A stretch of 64,000 nucleotides of DNA from Klebsormidium nitens. Taxonomy: Eukaryota; Plantae; Klebsormidiophyceae. Under the pieces are notes generated by a model. It saw only the letters and a program-made list of their open reading frames with translations, made no database searches and was not told the origin of the DNA. Position 1 is the first letter of the stretch; the number at the start of each line of letters is the position of its first letter. Shown in pieces: positions 1-19,162 of the stretch. The stretch is from contig DF237241.1 in NCBI GenBank assembly GCA_000708835.1, positions 1 through 64,000 on the forward strand. The letters run 5' to 3'. Both the position numbers and the translations under genes were made by a program.

Positions 1-106
1 ATCTAGAACTGTGGCGCTGGAGATCGATTATTAGAGGCGTGTGAAGAGGTGTGTTTGCCAAGCTGGACAAGGCTGGGGAGAACGGATTCAATTGATATCC
101 AGAAAG

Positions 107-3553
<3,447 letters not shown>

Positions 3554-4743
3554 TCAGGATCTTGTTGCTTCAAATCTGGACATTTGCAGCCTGCCTGGAC
3601 TGCAATCGCTGTGCAGGCGTTCTGTCTAGCGACCACACAAAGCTTGCTATGGCCAGGTGAAGCCTTCTGGGTCAAGTCGCATATGCCCACTTACCTGCAA
3701 AGCTTCTGTGCATATGTTGGCGCTCAATCTGCGGCTCGCAAACGTAGATCATATCTTCTCGTATGAGCATCTCGCTTTGAGTGATGATGCACATTTGACC
3801 CCGGGCCCAGGACAAGTGCAATTAATTCCTTGTGCAAGCCGGACTTCTGGCCGCATGTTTCGTATGCTCTTTGCAGCCTTGCAAAGCATTTCTTCAATGC
3901 TCTTTTGCCTGTGTGCACTGCCGGTGCACAAAGTCTCGATGCATTTGTGTATAGTACTAGCTAGCCTAAGCTTCGTATGGCAGAAATACCCATGCATAAC
4001 TCGACAAGTGAGTACCGTACACCTCTGCACTTGTAACATGATACGATGCACTAGATAGCTCGAGGCGCAAAATTTGCCGCCATTATCCGGTCGGACGCGG
4101 CACATATACATGCCACTTGTCCACTGAGTCTATATATGATTGTGTCATGCAATTTGCATATGCACAAATAGATATGTGTTTCAACATGATCCATATACAC
4201 TGCAATGTGCATGGCCATGCTGCGGCAGCCTCGCGTGCCGTTTCCATAGACGACTTAAGCTGCTTACCGCAGCATGCATGCAAGATTGACCATATATCAT
4301 ATTATTGCTTTGATTTGTCATGCATGGCTCAAGCACCCGGCCGCTAGAGTTGACGTAGCTGGCTGCGACGCAGTGATCCTTAGACTCGAGTGCCACAATG
4401 CAGATATATATGAGCGCGACCTATTATACACAAAGGCCGCTCACTCCAAAATAATATACATTGGATGCCGCTGCACGAGAGACTGAGAGGCCGCTGCCGT
4501 CACAGGCGCAGCAAAAAACGAATCAGCAGACAGCTATTTAGTCCTCCTGTGGAGCTGATGGTCTCTTTTTTAAATACGCCTGATGATGAGCTCTTTTCAG
4601 CGACATGATGCAAGCAATGCCTGGCAGTCACCACATGAAGAAGATCACACGCATTACGATCAGAAACGACCGGCGGAAGACGTGCATGCACTGTCAATCT
4701 CATCTCGTATGCTTCTTTAGAACGGTCTTCGGGAGTCTCAAAG

Positions 4744-7700
4744 CTAGTCGTCCATGTCCTCTTCTTGTGCGGCCTTCGCTAGCCGCTCTGCTTCTGCCAG
4801 AACATCCGCCGGAACCTGAAGGATCGACATACAGATTGCAGTCAGAAAAGACAGATTAACAGAAGTGTACCTTTCAGGAGATCTGGTTCATGGTTCACTT
4901 TGAGTGTTCTCTCATCGCGAAAGGTTGCCACAGGATTGACTCTGACAACAAGAGCCACAAATCACGACAAGCGTCAAGGTGCTCACCCGCTTGTGCTCCC
5001 GACCCGACTCCTCGCAGATCCAACTGAGCTCCAGCTCAAAGGCCTTGTCTTTCGCCTCATCGTGCACGCCATAAATGCTGCAGCAAGCACGAAGCAGAGT
5101 TCTGACTATGATGCATATGCGCAGACTGGGCACCCGTTACTATCAACTCCACATCGTGCGAGCGCGTTAGTCAGCGACCTGGAACTTTGCACTAGATCGA
5201 TTGCAATTAGAATCAGTCAGGACGGGACAGGTGATGTCATCGGAGAATGGGCGGAAGCCCAAGTAGAATGTTCGAGAGTGCTCACATCTTGGCAACTGCA
5301 GTGACCCCCTCTCTGCACGTCATCTCCGAGAGCTTCAGCTTCTCGATCTCCCTGCACAACCAGAAAAAGGCCCGTGTCCTGAGCATGTTGTCGTGTCAGG
5401 CGCGTACCTCCACCAGAAACAGACTAAGAATCCCACCTTTCTAATGGGATCCATGGAGCACTTGGACGCACACGAATCTGGGCGATCAAGCAGGGGAAAA
5501 CTCCGGCAGGCCCTGAATATGAGCACGCTCACTGACGCGACGGAGAGAGAAACGGCTTGGGATTCCGAGGGCTCACGTCTTGGCAGCCTGCCGTCCCTTG
5601 CCGATTGCTGTCCCAAAGAAGCGCTGCAAAAACGGACGGGGCAAGCCTTGTAACAGCACGCCAAAAACGACTGTTCTCGGGCCAACGTCTGAAGCGACGC
5701 CTTTTGGCCAGCTCGGCTGCTGACAGACAATCTGTCCGGCTCAGCAGGCAACAAAAACACCCGCTGATAAAGCCGACTCTCTGATTGTCTTCTTGATGCT
5801 TCTGTTCGGGATGGATTGACATGTGTCACAGCAACACAATCTCTAGCCTCCCAAAGGAGCCTGCTCCAGGATATATTCAAAGCTTTTGAAGTAAGGGTAG
5901 GTTGTGCCCCAAACTTACGTGTGAGATCCCCGTCGGCTCGATTGCATACAGCTGCGGCCCCTCCTTGTCATAGACGCCCAGCAAAACTGAGGATCCAAAC
6001 GGCCTGCATGCAGTGACGCAGGCTTACTTATAATGCATTCTTGCCAGGACGCCTTTCCACGTCGAGGCCACCGATTCGGGAACTTCCACGACTTGCTGCA
6101 AAAAGTTTCAGAATGGCAAAATCCTTTCTTGGAAAGGGGGGCCGATTTAGGGGAATTGCAACAAGTCTATGGTGCTATCATCTGCTGTTCGCCAAACCCA
6201 GGCCGGAGTTTGCAGATAGAGCGCCTCACCGCACAGACCAATACAGCGTGTACAGGTGGACGAAGGTTGCGACGCGATCGGCGATGACCTGGCCAGGAAT
6301 GGCGTCCCCGTAGAATCTGCACACATTGGTTACGTGCTCAGATTGGGTGGCACAACCCGTCTTTGAGGTAGAGCGTCTCATTTCGTACTGGGGGTGCTAG
6401 ACGTCATGCACTGTTGCAGAAAGATGCAAGGCCATGAAATCTCGTGCTACTGCCAAACACTGGCTTCAGCGCAATCAGCGCCGGAGTCAGTTTCACAGGA
6501 ATCAGCACACAGACTCGGCTCACGTTTTGTAGTTTGAAGCTTCCGCCCTCGCTCTGTTGACGATCTGCCGTCCGTCTGCTACCAGGCCCGCGGTTGCCTG
6601 CACAGAATGCCATGTCAATCTATTTTCACACCTGCATCCATCGATTTCCAATCGCAGACTCCGTCAATAACTTTAACGGGGCACCTATCACAAGAGTATT
6701 CCCTGGTGAGGTATGCTTTGAATGGTGGACATGATGATTGAATGGGCAAGGGCGTCAGCATGATCGCAAAAAGGCAGGACATACAGAATACATATGGGTG
6801 TAAAATTGATCAGGACCTAATTTGAATGAATCCTTGTGGGGACAGCATCAGCCTATCTCAGACCTCAGAGTGCAGGATACCGCAGAAGGTTAGGACGACC
6901 AAACGAGTTCCTCACCACCCCAATGTGTCTATCCACTGAAAGTATCCGCCGGTTGGAGCCCTCAACCAGCATCTTGGAAATCACCAGCTTTTCTACCCCC
7001 TGCACGTACGGCCAAGATTGACTTTCTCATATCCTCAATTCTTTCCCCAGGTAGCACGTCCTTTGCTTAGCACGACCACAGGATCCCTTTCAAAGGAGCA
7101 TCAGAACCAGTGCACACCATGAAGATGGTCAACTGGCCCTCAAACAGAGTCAGTTGAGCTCTCGTCAACTAAGAATTCACGTCATCTAACCGCAGTACTA
7201 TCTGCACAAAGCAGGTCTGAAAAACATGGGCGGCTGTGACAGCGCAGTGTACACATGACCAACGAAGTTCCCCAACAATGATCAACTCATTGTAAGGGAA
7301 GTAGTAAAGTCCCACACAGCGATCATAGGGTGGTGCACATAGGTGCACTTTATATCTTTGTGAATTTCTCTGCAGAGCTCTATGTATATTCAACAGGTAC
7401 TCACCAGAACAATCCCATCCTTACAGCGGATGCCAACAGCGGTCCTGTAGCAGAAGGACGAGAATATCAAATGGGTGCCGGTGCTGGTCTCCACAAGTAG
7501 GTAGTGCTGGCAGGAACCAGCACTCCTTCAGACCTGCAAATACTGCACAAAACTATCCAATTTCCAGTTCTGCTGCACATGTAGTGACAAAGTGATCAAA
7601 GCGTGAAAGGGCCTCACCCGCTGTTGTCAACTGCTTTGGTGGCATACTCGGTTTGGAAAACTCGCCCATCCGGCGAGAAGGTTGTTGAAGAAAGATCATA

Positions 7701-8011
7701 CTGCAGGAGAGCCAACACGGGTGCATGAGGGATCAGCGTTGATGTCCAATAATAAGGCAAAGAAACTCCGCAAACTGGGGCATATGAGATACTTGCTCAA
7801 AAGCAAAAACTTGCACACAATCTCTTGCTATTGGAGACCTGTGCTTCCCTATATACCACAAATCAGGCTTCCTATTCCATTTTGGGGCCAATCTTCTATG
7901 CAGGATTGTCGACTGCAAACCAATTGCATTGTCATTCCTTGCTAGAAGATGCAGGACCAGACATGGATGACATTCTTGGACGCAACGCACCCCGGTTCCG
8001 ATGCTGCTCAT
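4744..8011 (-). CDS. PAG1: 20S proteasome subunit alpha type-7 (alpha7/PSMA3 orthologue), 11 exons, ~249 aa
   Basis: Exons (minus) 8011-7991, 7700-7618, 7444-7405, 6999-6916, 6597-6524, 6316-6230, 6003-5919, 5623-5577, 5351-5286, 5077-4987, 4815-4744 total 750 nt. The translation [23 protein letters not shown]...[21 protein letters not shown] matches the alpha7 signature. Confidence 0.97.
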
Positions 8012-8203
8012 CCTGCTTTTCCTCGAGCTGCAGGCGTAGAGCAAACAGACAGAAGAAGAGATGACGCGCTGGTGCTAGTACTTGTGGGCTCCTCAAATCA
8101 TGAAGACGTTTTGAGACGGCTGTTGTCGGACTACTCTCTGCTGGGCTTTTTTTAAAAGCTTAAATAAGGTTATACTTTATGTAGGCCACCCCGTTAAACG
8201 ACC

Positions 8204-8277
8204 GACCTGTTGGCCCAATTGGATAAGGCGCGAGCCTACGGAGCTCGAGATTCTGGGTTCAAGTCCCAGGCAGGTCA
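8204..8277 (+). tRNA. trnR-ACG: tRNA-Arg (anticodon ACG), intronless
   Basis: Acceptor stem GACCTGT/GCAGGTC, D arm TGGCCCAATTGGATAAGGC, anticodon arm CGAGC-CTACGGA-GCTCG, T arm CTGGG-TTCAAGT-CCCAG. A T5 Pol III terminator lies at 8301-8305 and an AT-rich tract lies upstream. Confidence 0.93.
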
Positions 8278-9281
8278 CCTAATGCCGGCTGATGCTCACC
8301 TTTTTGGCCTCTTGAGTGGGAGATGATCTTTTCTAATCCTTTTGCATTGTGATCGGTCTTATAGGCATGCCATGGTGCATTCAACTCGGAGGGGATTGTG
8401 ATCATGCATGCACGCTTTACATTGATTCAACATATTAAGCAAGCATCCTCCGACAGGCCACCACCAATCTATGGCCGGCAATTAGCATGAAGTTCCGGTG
8501 ACACTGGGTCCCCAACTTGCAGAATTGCTGAGCTTCTCTTTACTTGACATGCAATCAAGGTAGCTAGGCGTTCAAAACTCAAACATGTATTCCCATGTAT
8601 GCCATGGAAGCCTATGGCCCATGTGGCTACGGCGTTTGAAAAGAGAACATCATTCAACTTCATTGCATGGTAGCGTCCCATTTCATTGTACTCAACACAC
8701 CAGGCAACGGCGGCCAAGGGCATCAATGGTTGGAAGTTACCATCGTTCTATTCACGCCCTTTCCCCATGGCAAATCATTCTCAAGCATGTGGCTAAGAAC
8801 GTTGATAAAGAACGAGTTAAACCATGATTCTCAAGCAACAACAGACGGTGCCAACTGCTGGAATTCTCAACCGGGACTTCATCAACTTTACTTTGGTGGA
8901 ACAAATAATTCATGCATAGAGAACCGGAGCGCAAGTTTGTCATTGGAAGTACAAGAGCATCTCAAACACCTGGTCCAGATTGAACTCAAAATACAGTCGG
9001 GGTCATATCAATCCTTTGCCCCTATAGACACCTTCTTTGGTTTGGCCTCTGATTGACAACTTCAACATCTCAAAGACGTACAGATCTATGCACCATCTTT
9101 TGCTTAATCTCAAGACTTCTTCGGGTTGATCTCCAAAAGTTCAAAAATTGTTTGTCAGCTTTGCATGACCCGTTTGTTGGAAACGCAATAGGCATCGGAT
9201 GTTCCTAATGCCATCCCCATAAACTTAACGGTGGGGCTCGTAACCTCCCCACTGCTTCCTAACCACCAGAACCTCCTACCG

Positions 9282-11990
<2,709 letters not shown>

Positions 11991-14280
11991 GCTGTCCGGA
12001 TGCTGCAGCTAGCTTTCTAGGTGCATGAGAATCAGGCTCCGATTGCAGCTGCACAGGAAAAGGACTGTCTATGTCCGCCTGCTTTCCAGCTCAACTTTTG
12101 AAACCTCCTGCTTTATCAAAACCGACGGCCTACTCCTGCATGTTAGGCGCACCCGCTAGCGCCCTTCAAACAAAAGTCAGAAGCGAAAGCGTTCGCCCTC
12201 TCCAAAGGACGAAATGACCACCAGCAGGGAAGCCAAGAAAGCGTTTGTCGCTACATTGACAGCGCGCTCCCTTCCACTATGAAGAACCTCTTGTATGCAG
12301 AAACAACACCCTTCCTGCCCGAAGCCGCCTCTTGGTTTTGCTGCTGCCCAGAATAGGGAGCTGCTGCGCGTGCTGCAACGCTTGCGTCGATTCAGTTGAA
12401 CTGCCACCGCGCACAACCACATTGACAACCGTCTAGTGCGCACAGCTGGCGCAGGGTTTGTGGGAACCCAGTACTTAACCTTCGCTTCCGCGGCCCTTAT
12501 CTCACATGACAGCCGTTCGATGCCTGACTGATGGATTTGTGACCGTCAATAAGATTTCCACAAACTCGACCCACTCGGCTCGGCGAGCTAACTTGCGTAC
12601 CTGCCAGATTGTCCAGGAATGGATCATGCATGATGTGCATTCGATTGTACACCCACAACGCTCTACCTTCCGGAATGGTTAAGGATTGGGTTCCAAGAAA
12701 GCAGCTGCCCAGTGAGCAAGGGTGCCGTGCCAGTTACCTGTGCGCGCACAGGCTGCAGGGTGAGCATCGAACGGTACAAGGCACATCATTCCTGCTAATC
12801 GACGGCCAAAAAAGGCTTTATCGGTGTAAGCGTAGTGACACCATTGCCAAGGGTTTAAGTTAACCTTTTTTTGGTATTGAGAACACGTGTCGGTGCGCCA
12901 GTGCAAATTACGGAGTGCTTCAGAACATATTTGCTGTGTCAAAGCGCGGCCATACTTGCGCTGCCGTACGTTTGACACCAGAACAAAACATTGCCCAGAA
13001 CTTTCGCGCAGAAGACCTGTTGGTGTTCTGAGCCGGCCGGCTTCACCAATAATTCAATGATTAAATTGTCGGCACGAGTGGTACCAATGGCACGTACTGG
13101 GAACGTGACGGTCAACGAGTCATGCAAACCTTCAAGACTCAAGAGGATTGCGCACTTGCTAGAACCCACACAGCATCAAATATGATCAAGTTTTCGTGCA
13201 CTTCAAAGTTCTCTTTTGTGCAGCCGCCCATTCAGTTCGTGTATCCAGATCATTCTTCTTCACGAACGTATCCGAGGGCCATGTGAACGTACATGCCGAA
13301 CATGCCCAACGCAGCTGAATGGAATCATCAGACTTACAGTCTTCGACCATGCACATCTTATGAATATAATGTTGTGCATGTCCTGCAATACAGCCGTTTG
13401 TAATATCTGTACGTCTAAGTTCGATTTATACTGTGAGCGGCAATGATCTAGCTCTAAAAACAACCCTTGCCTCACGAAAGACAGCAGCTTGATAGCATTA
13501 AAACGTGCATACCGGTATACTAAGTATAGTGCCCATGAAAAGATTCGCGCGGCAAAGTCGCATCCAAGATTACTCTCTGCTTCGTTCCAAAGCTCGCTCC
13601 TGGGAAAGAGCCCAAGACAGGCTTCAATGACTTCTTCAAGTCAAAGCAATGAGTACAAGCTTGTACGCGACGATTATACAACAAATGCTACAAGAGCAAT
13701 CATTGCACTCCATGCACTGATCATGGCGAGTACCCGTGATGCGCGATCACGGATGGTTCTCAACTGAATTGTTGAGGTTGCATGATGCTACCGCGCCGAA
13801 CTAGTGTTGATAAATATCCAATCTAAACTTCCGCAGATTGGTAGGACGCGGTACAGTCATCATCTTTTTAGACACAACCGCCATAAGCCCGCACAGAAAA
13901 TCAGCTGATTACGCGAGGCACATATCAAAGTTGGCGTCGGAAAGCGCATGTGCATGCCTTGCATACTTGCGTTATTAAGGGAATTTTGGTGCTGATAACG
14001 TGGGGCAAGATTCAAAAATGGCCTCAGAGAAACAGTCAATTAAAGTGACATGCGGTCCTCGTTCAACGAAAGCACAACTTTCAACGAACACATTAAGGCA
14101 TGACTTCTGGGCTAGGCTCATTGGCCGGGTCCGCCCATTGTTATGACATTTTTGTCACTCGACAACCACATTCATGAAGATCCCTCTTGATTATCAAACT
14201 TCCGATTAGGAACCGTTGAAATAAAGCATTTCAAGCAGCGCCAGATTGATGTGATTGCACGGGTCGCATACCGCGCATCC

Positions 14281-17200
14281 TTAAATGCACAAGGCTCCCA
14301 TATCAACAGGAACATCCTCTTCCGAGTATCTAGACACCTTCTTGCGAACAGACTCCGCAACATAGCTTTTACCGAGCCTTTGCGATTGTTTCCTTTGACG
14401 ATTCGACACCTCGGAAGCTGGCCTGCGAACACACACTTCGGAGATCAGGAGAGCTCTGTAGCACTAGCCGTTCCGTAGGCCATTAGCAAGCCACGGGCAA
14501 TCATAAGCAACTTGGATAAGTTGAAGTCGTTGTGGCACATGTAATTCCGCCCTTCCCCCTCACAGCCACATTGGATATCCACAATCACATCTGATACTTG
14601 CTTGGCAAACAAAGCGCAACTACCGAGATTGAGAGGAGGCGGCCAGAACATCTGTATTCGCCACACCTGATCCGATCGGCTTTCGACCCTGCCGCCCCAC
14701 AGCAGGCTTTGTACTTTTTCTTGCTCCCACAAGGACACGCCTTGTTGCGCGCCGCAGGCTGCACAGACACAACAGCAAGCGTTTGTAGAAACGACACACT
14801 CGGACTAGGAGCTCAGTGTTTCACTGGCGCTGGCAAATGTGTCCAGCAAGGACGGCAAAGCTGAGCCCGCCAATCATGCCGAAAGGGTCAGATTGGGAAC
14901 CCGTCAGACTCCGCTTGACGACTCAGCTGTGCAACAGCTTGGCTAAATGTATGGCACACTCCCTCGCACCACACGAGTCTGGTGAACAGATGACACACCT
15001 TGGCACTTGCCTTCGTTCTACGTGTGCAGCCGTAAAGCAGCTTAGAACAGATCGCAATTGGATGTCTGATGCTCTCTTACATGCTCTCATTTGATTCGCG
15101 ACCCTGGGCTGCTGTTGTCGGTCAGCTTTTTCACAACAACGTATCAAGCAGCCGCAATGAAGCGTTCACCTGCTTCTCTGCCCCCGAAGTTGACGCAGTC
15201 TCTCCATTCCCGCTGTCTTCGCCCTGTCTTCCGATGTCAAGCGTGCAGGCGTCGGTCGGAGATGCGGGCTCCAAGGACTTTGAAGCCAACGGGGCCCCTG
15301 TAGGTGAGACAGTGTTTGTGGAAGAGTAAAACAGAGGGAAAAAGCCGGGGAGCCGAACGCCCACGCCAGGTCAGTGAATTAACGACAACGCAATTTAGTC
15401 TTCAGCAGGACGCAGGCAAACTTGAGGGAGAAAGAGTATCTCTGCTCGAAACTCGGGAGTGAGGATTTTTTAGTCCGTGGGATCGGACAGTCGCTGTCCG
15501 TACCTTCGTGCATCGTTGCTAACGCCTCTGCCGGACGCTCTGAAAACACCCCGTCCTCGGCGATACCATTCGCTAGCGCGCTCTCGGAGCTGCCCTCGGC
15601 GATCAAAAACTCGATGACAGCATCGACGTCGCCGGCAAGATCGAGCAAGACCTGCGAAGCAACACTCTCTTGTCAGACCAACGGTTTCGCGCCTGCCATT
15701 GGCTTAACGTATGCGAGGACCTCGGCCGAAGGTGGTGCTCATGTTTCGTAGGGGTGTTCAACTCCGTCGAGCTGGCCTCGAACATTTGACGTCCGTGGAA
15801 AGGCTGAAGGACAAAAGAGCGAGCCAACCAGTCAGGAGCTCATCAGAAATGCTAGAAGTTGCAGATTCCATCACGCATGTTCTTTTCTGCAATCCAATGG
15901 CCAGATCCAAATCGGCCCCGAACCATCAACCCATCGACCCTTCTCCCCCTCGCTTGCTGAACAGATCGGCTCTAAGGCACACAATCCGAGAGAAACGGAA
16001 CCACATTTCAGCGACACGCATGCCTCGTGCAGGAAAGCCCGAGCAGCGGACGGACAGAAGGGACGCAACGGCATCACTTACTTGTCGTATCCGCTCCTCG
16101 TCTCGACAAGGAGTGCTGGCAATCACCCGCGTCACGTCCTCCTCCCGGAAACTGGAGCGACCTCTCGGAGTCGCGGTAGACTTTTTCTGAGCGGTGGGGG
16201 GGCCTTTGAGCTGGGCGTCGCCCTCAACGTGAATAGGCAGCGCTGGACCTCCCCCCGGGTCGTCTTCTCGACGCACGCTGTTGTAGTGCTCTCCGTCATG
16301 GTAGGACCTGCCACGTGGCGAGTTGATGGCTGATGTTGAGCTTATTTCGACCTCGGTTACTACGCTGTGCTCTGGGGCCACAGCCCTGACGACGTTTGAA
16401 GACAAGGTGAACAACAAGGAGAAGACGACTCTGCGAAGCCACAGGTGCTCCGATTGGAGCTTCTCCATGATCATCTTGCCACCACATACTGAGTTGAGGA
16501 ACTTGTTCAGATGGCCCTTGGAGCTCGCACCTTACACGACTCGAGTGTATGTCCGAATACAATGCGGCCCAGCTTCGCCGAGCCCTTGCAAAGATTGATC
16601 AGAGTGTCCGGAAGGGGCTGAACGAGAGATGTTGCGAGAAGGAAACTCGTAACTCACAGGTGGATGGTTCGCGTTTCAGCCACGTCGAAGTTTCTGATGT
16701 GCCACCTGGGGGACTGGACCTGTCCAAAAAGTACTTAAAATCAGAAGAGGTTGCGTTGACAAAGACTGGAGCATTCTGTCGCCCTTTTCTCAGCAAAGGT
16801 CGGCCGGACGAAAATGTCCTCAACTTAATGACGGTCGGAAGGGGGCTCCCAACACACTGGACGTTCGCCACCTTTTCGGCTTGGGCGCCTCTTTGAAAAA
16901 TCCTTTTGCTTCGAAATGCTCACTCCTGAGAGCGGAAACATCTTCTTATCATTGAGTTACTCATCAAGGATTGGTTGTCTCCTTCCAATAACCACAGCGC
17001 ATCAAGAAGCTTTACAGTCCTGTAAGTCAGACATTCTCAGAACACCGACCCTCGTGCTTCTCTCCTTCAGCTTACCCGAAATACAATCTGTCAGTCAAAA
17101 CATTCTCAGAGCACCGATCACTTTGGTTGAACCAAAATCCTGACCACCTCGAACGAAGCTAGTATGAACGCTTGCGCACGTCAAAGCTCAAAAGCACAGA

Positions 17201-18453
17201 ATCAAAAGCCCTGAAGCAGGCCCCCATTCTGTTGGATGCCAATCTTGGCTCTGGTCACCATGCTGGCGGCCTCCTGATTGATATTGCATGGGAGAGACGT
17301 GCTCAAGCTCTTTCCCACACAATCTGCCCTTGCACTAAATTCTCATTCTGAAATTCCTGAGCCGTGAACCCCCACCCGGTGTATGCAGATGTTGGCCCTC
17401 GTTACTAAGCTGGCCGCTTGCAGCTCCATGTTGCCCGCCCATGTCCCGTCCTCACGCATCTCCTGCAAGTACTTCTCAAGTGGCACGTCGTCCTCTACAA
17501 ATGGTGCAAAGTCGGCCTCGTGGGCCGCCATATACTCCACCACCCGTTCTCTGTAAGCGACGTGATCGCCCGCATCCCCCTCTAGTTGGTCCGCAATTGC
17601 TCTGTGAAAAAGGGGAACGGAGGGTGTGGGATCAGAGGGTTTACCAAGAAGTTAGTAAGGATTCGAGTCATTAGCGATGCACAGAGGATACAAAATGCCA
17701 GGAATGGATGGGGTAGGAGACAGTAAGAAGGAAATCTGGAGAAAGGCACAGATTGAGAAGGATACAAGGTGCGGGGCCAGAAGGATTCAGTAAAGCTGGA
17801 GAGGAAAAGAGCCAATGGAATGAGAAGGAGACAGTGACAGGGTTGTCGACAAGAGAGACTCGTGGCTCAGGCAGAGAATCTTCTGCTGATAGGTGGTGAT
17901 GGGTGCAAACAAATTGACTCTCAAAGGCCAGGCTCTGCCTGAAGGGGCCCACCTGAAAAAGCAGTTGCCATCAGCGGTCACCTCCTGAATCTTCAAACCA
18001 ATGACGCGAAGCTGCTCCCGAAAGAGGGCAATGTCAGAACCCCCCTGTGATGACAAGAAAAGAAGAGCGTTCATGAGCTGATTGCGCATGGGTCTGAGCA
18101 GGGGCAAGAACAAATGACGTGCACAAGCACGGTTCTGTCACCAAGTCTTCTCGTAGTACCTTCTCAGCAGTGGTTGTCCTTTACTGATTGGCGTCTGTGA
18201 CGATACTCATTGCACCCCAAAAAGTACAGACTGCAGGATGTGCCATTAGTCCGCCACTTTTGTGGGGCTTGCATTCGCTAAGATGTACCTTCAACTTTTC
18301 TTTGGCCCGCCGGATCGCTTCGCGTCGCTTCCTCTCAGCATTCTTGCCCACCACCACTTCTGGAGTGCTGGGGCTGTCTTTTTCGCGGGCGGCTGCCGCC
18401 GCCTTCGTCCCTTTGGCTACTTTCACCTGAGTTTGCACCTTCTTCTTCGCCAT
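14281..18453 (-). CDS. OTU7: OTU-domain deubiquitinase with UBA/CUE-like segment and SEC-C motif (OTU7/OTUD3-like), 9 exons, ~426 aa
   Basis: Exons 18453-18289, 18044-17953, 17601-17376, 16719-16658, 16307-16082, 15651-15504, 15297-15170, 14758-14667, 14422-14281 total 1281 nt. Catalytic ADGNCFFRA and SYHDGEHYNSVR, SEC-C RNKACPCGSKKKYKACC and C-terminal DMGALCI are present. The exon 7 donor (GTGAAC) is weak. Confidence 0.9.
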
Positions 18454-19162
18454 TGCACCTGTACGAGCATCCTGTAAGCTGGTGCATCACATCAAAACGG
18501 AACAGTCGTACATGTGTTGAGACAAACTCAGAGAGAGGGAAGCGATCCTATGACTCTGAGTCTGACGTTCTCTTGGAAGGGCGCGTCAGAAACTTGAAGT
18601 TGAACTTCAAGTTGTGGGGCTTGCGGAGAATGCTGGATCGACAGCGTCTCCACTCAAAATCGCTCTTTAACCCTGCCTTTAACCGGCCGATTGCCATATT
18701 AGGTTAGGGGTGCCTGGACTTAAAGGCTCATGCAGGCTACGATTGAAGCCGATGACCATACCACCCAACCGCCCGGTTAGCCGCTCAAACCAGTAGTTTC
18801 CGTTGACATCAGGTTCCTTGCCTTGCACCTGAACTTGAAGAAGCAGGGCATCCAGTGCAGACAAATTGCGCCCTGCCATGTCAATGTGGGACTCCATTGC
18901 AAAACGAGAACAAAGAATGCAGTTCCATTGCGCCTTTTCTTGGCTCAATCTCAACTCAACCTGCCTGCTAAGTCTACTGTCCTTAAAGTACTCTCGAGCT
19001 GCCGTGGCTGAGCTTGGAGACAAGAAGCAAAGACAAGAAGATCGAATGGCAGTGATCTGATGAAGAATTGTCATAAACCGCTCTCCTTTGATTGCTCTTC
19101 TTGAATCAAAAGGCCAGAGGTCAAGGTTCGCGTGGTTATGACAAGCAGCGCGGTGACACAGG

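Noticed and set aside
8300-9280. ORFs of 63-129 aa between the tRNA and the MAPK stop, considered as a transposase relic
   Set aside because: No recognisable transposase motifs or terminal repeats. Consistent with MAPK 3' UTR or intergenic sequence.
12500-14200. Several 60-100 aa ORFs between MAPK and OTU7
   Set aside because: No motifs, codon bias or consistent splice chain. Treated as promoter, UTR or intergenic DNA.
14281-14300. OTU7 C-terminal ALCI as a CaaX prenylation box
   Set aside because: The Cys is second from the end, not fourth, so it is not CaaX.
17755-17770. GTATCCTT on the minus strand resembling a U12-type donor
   Set aside because: It lies mid-intron, not at an exon boundary required by the OTU reading frame.
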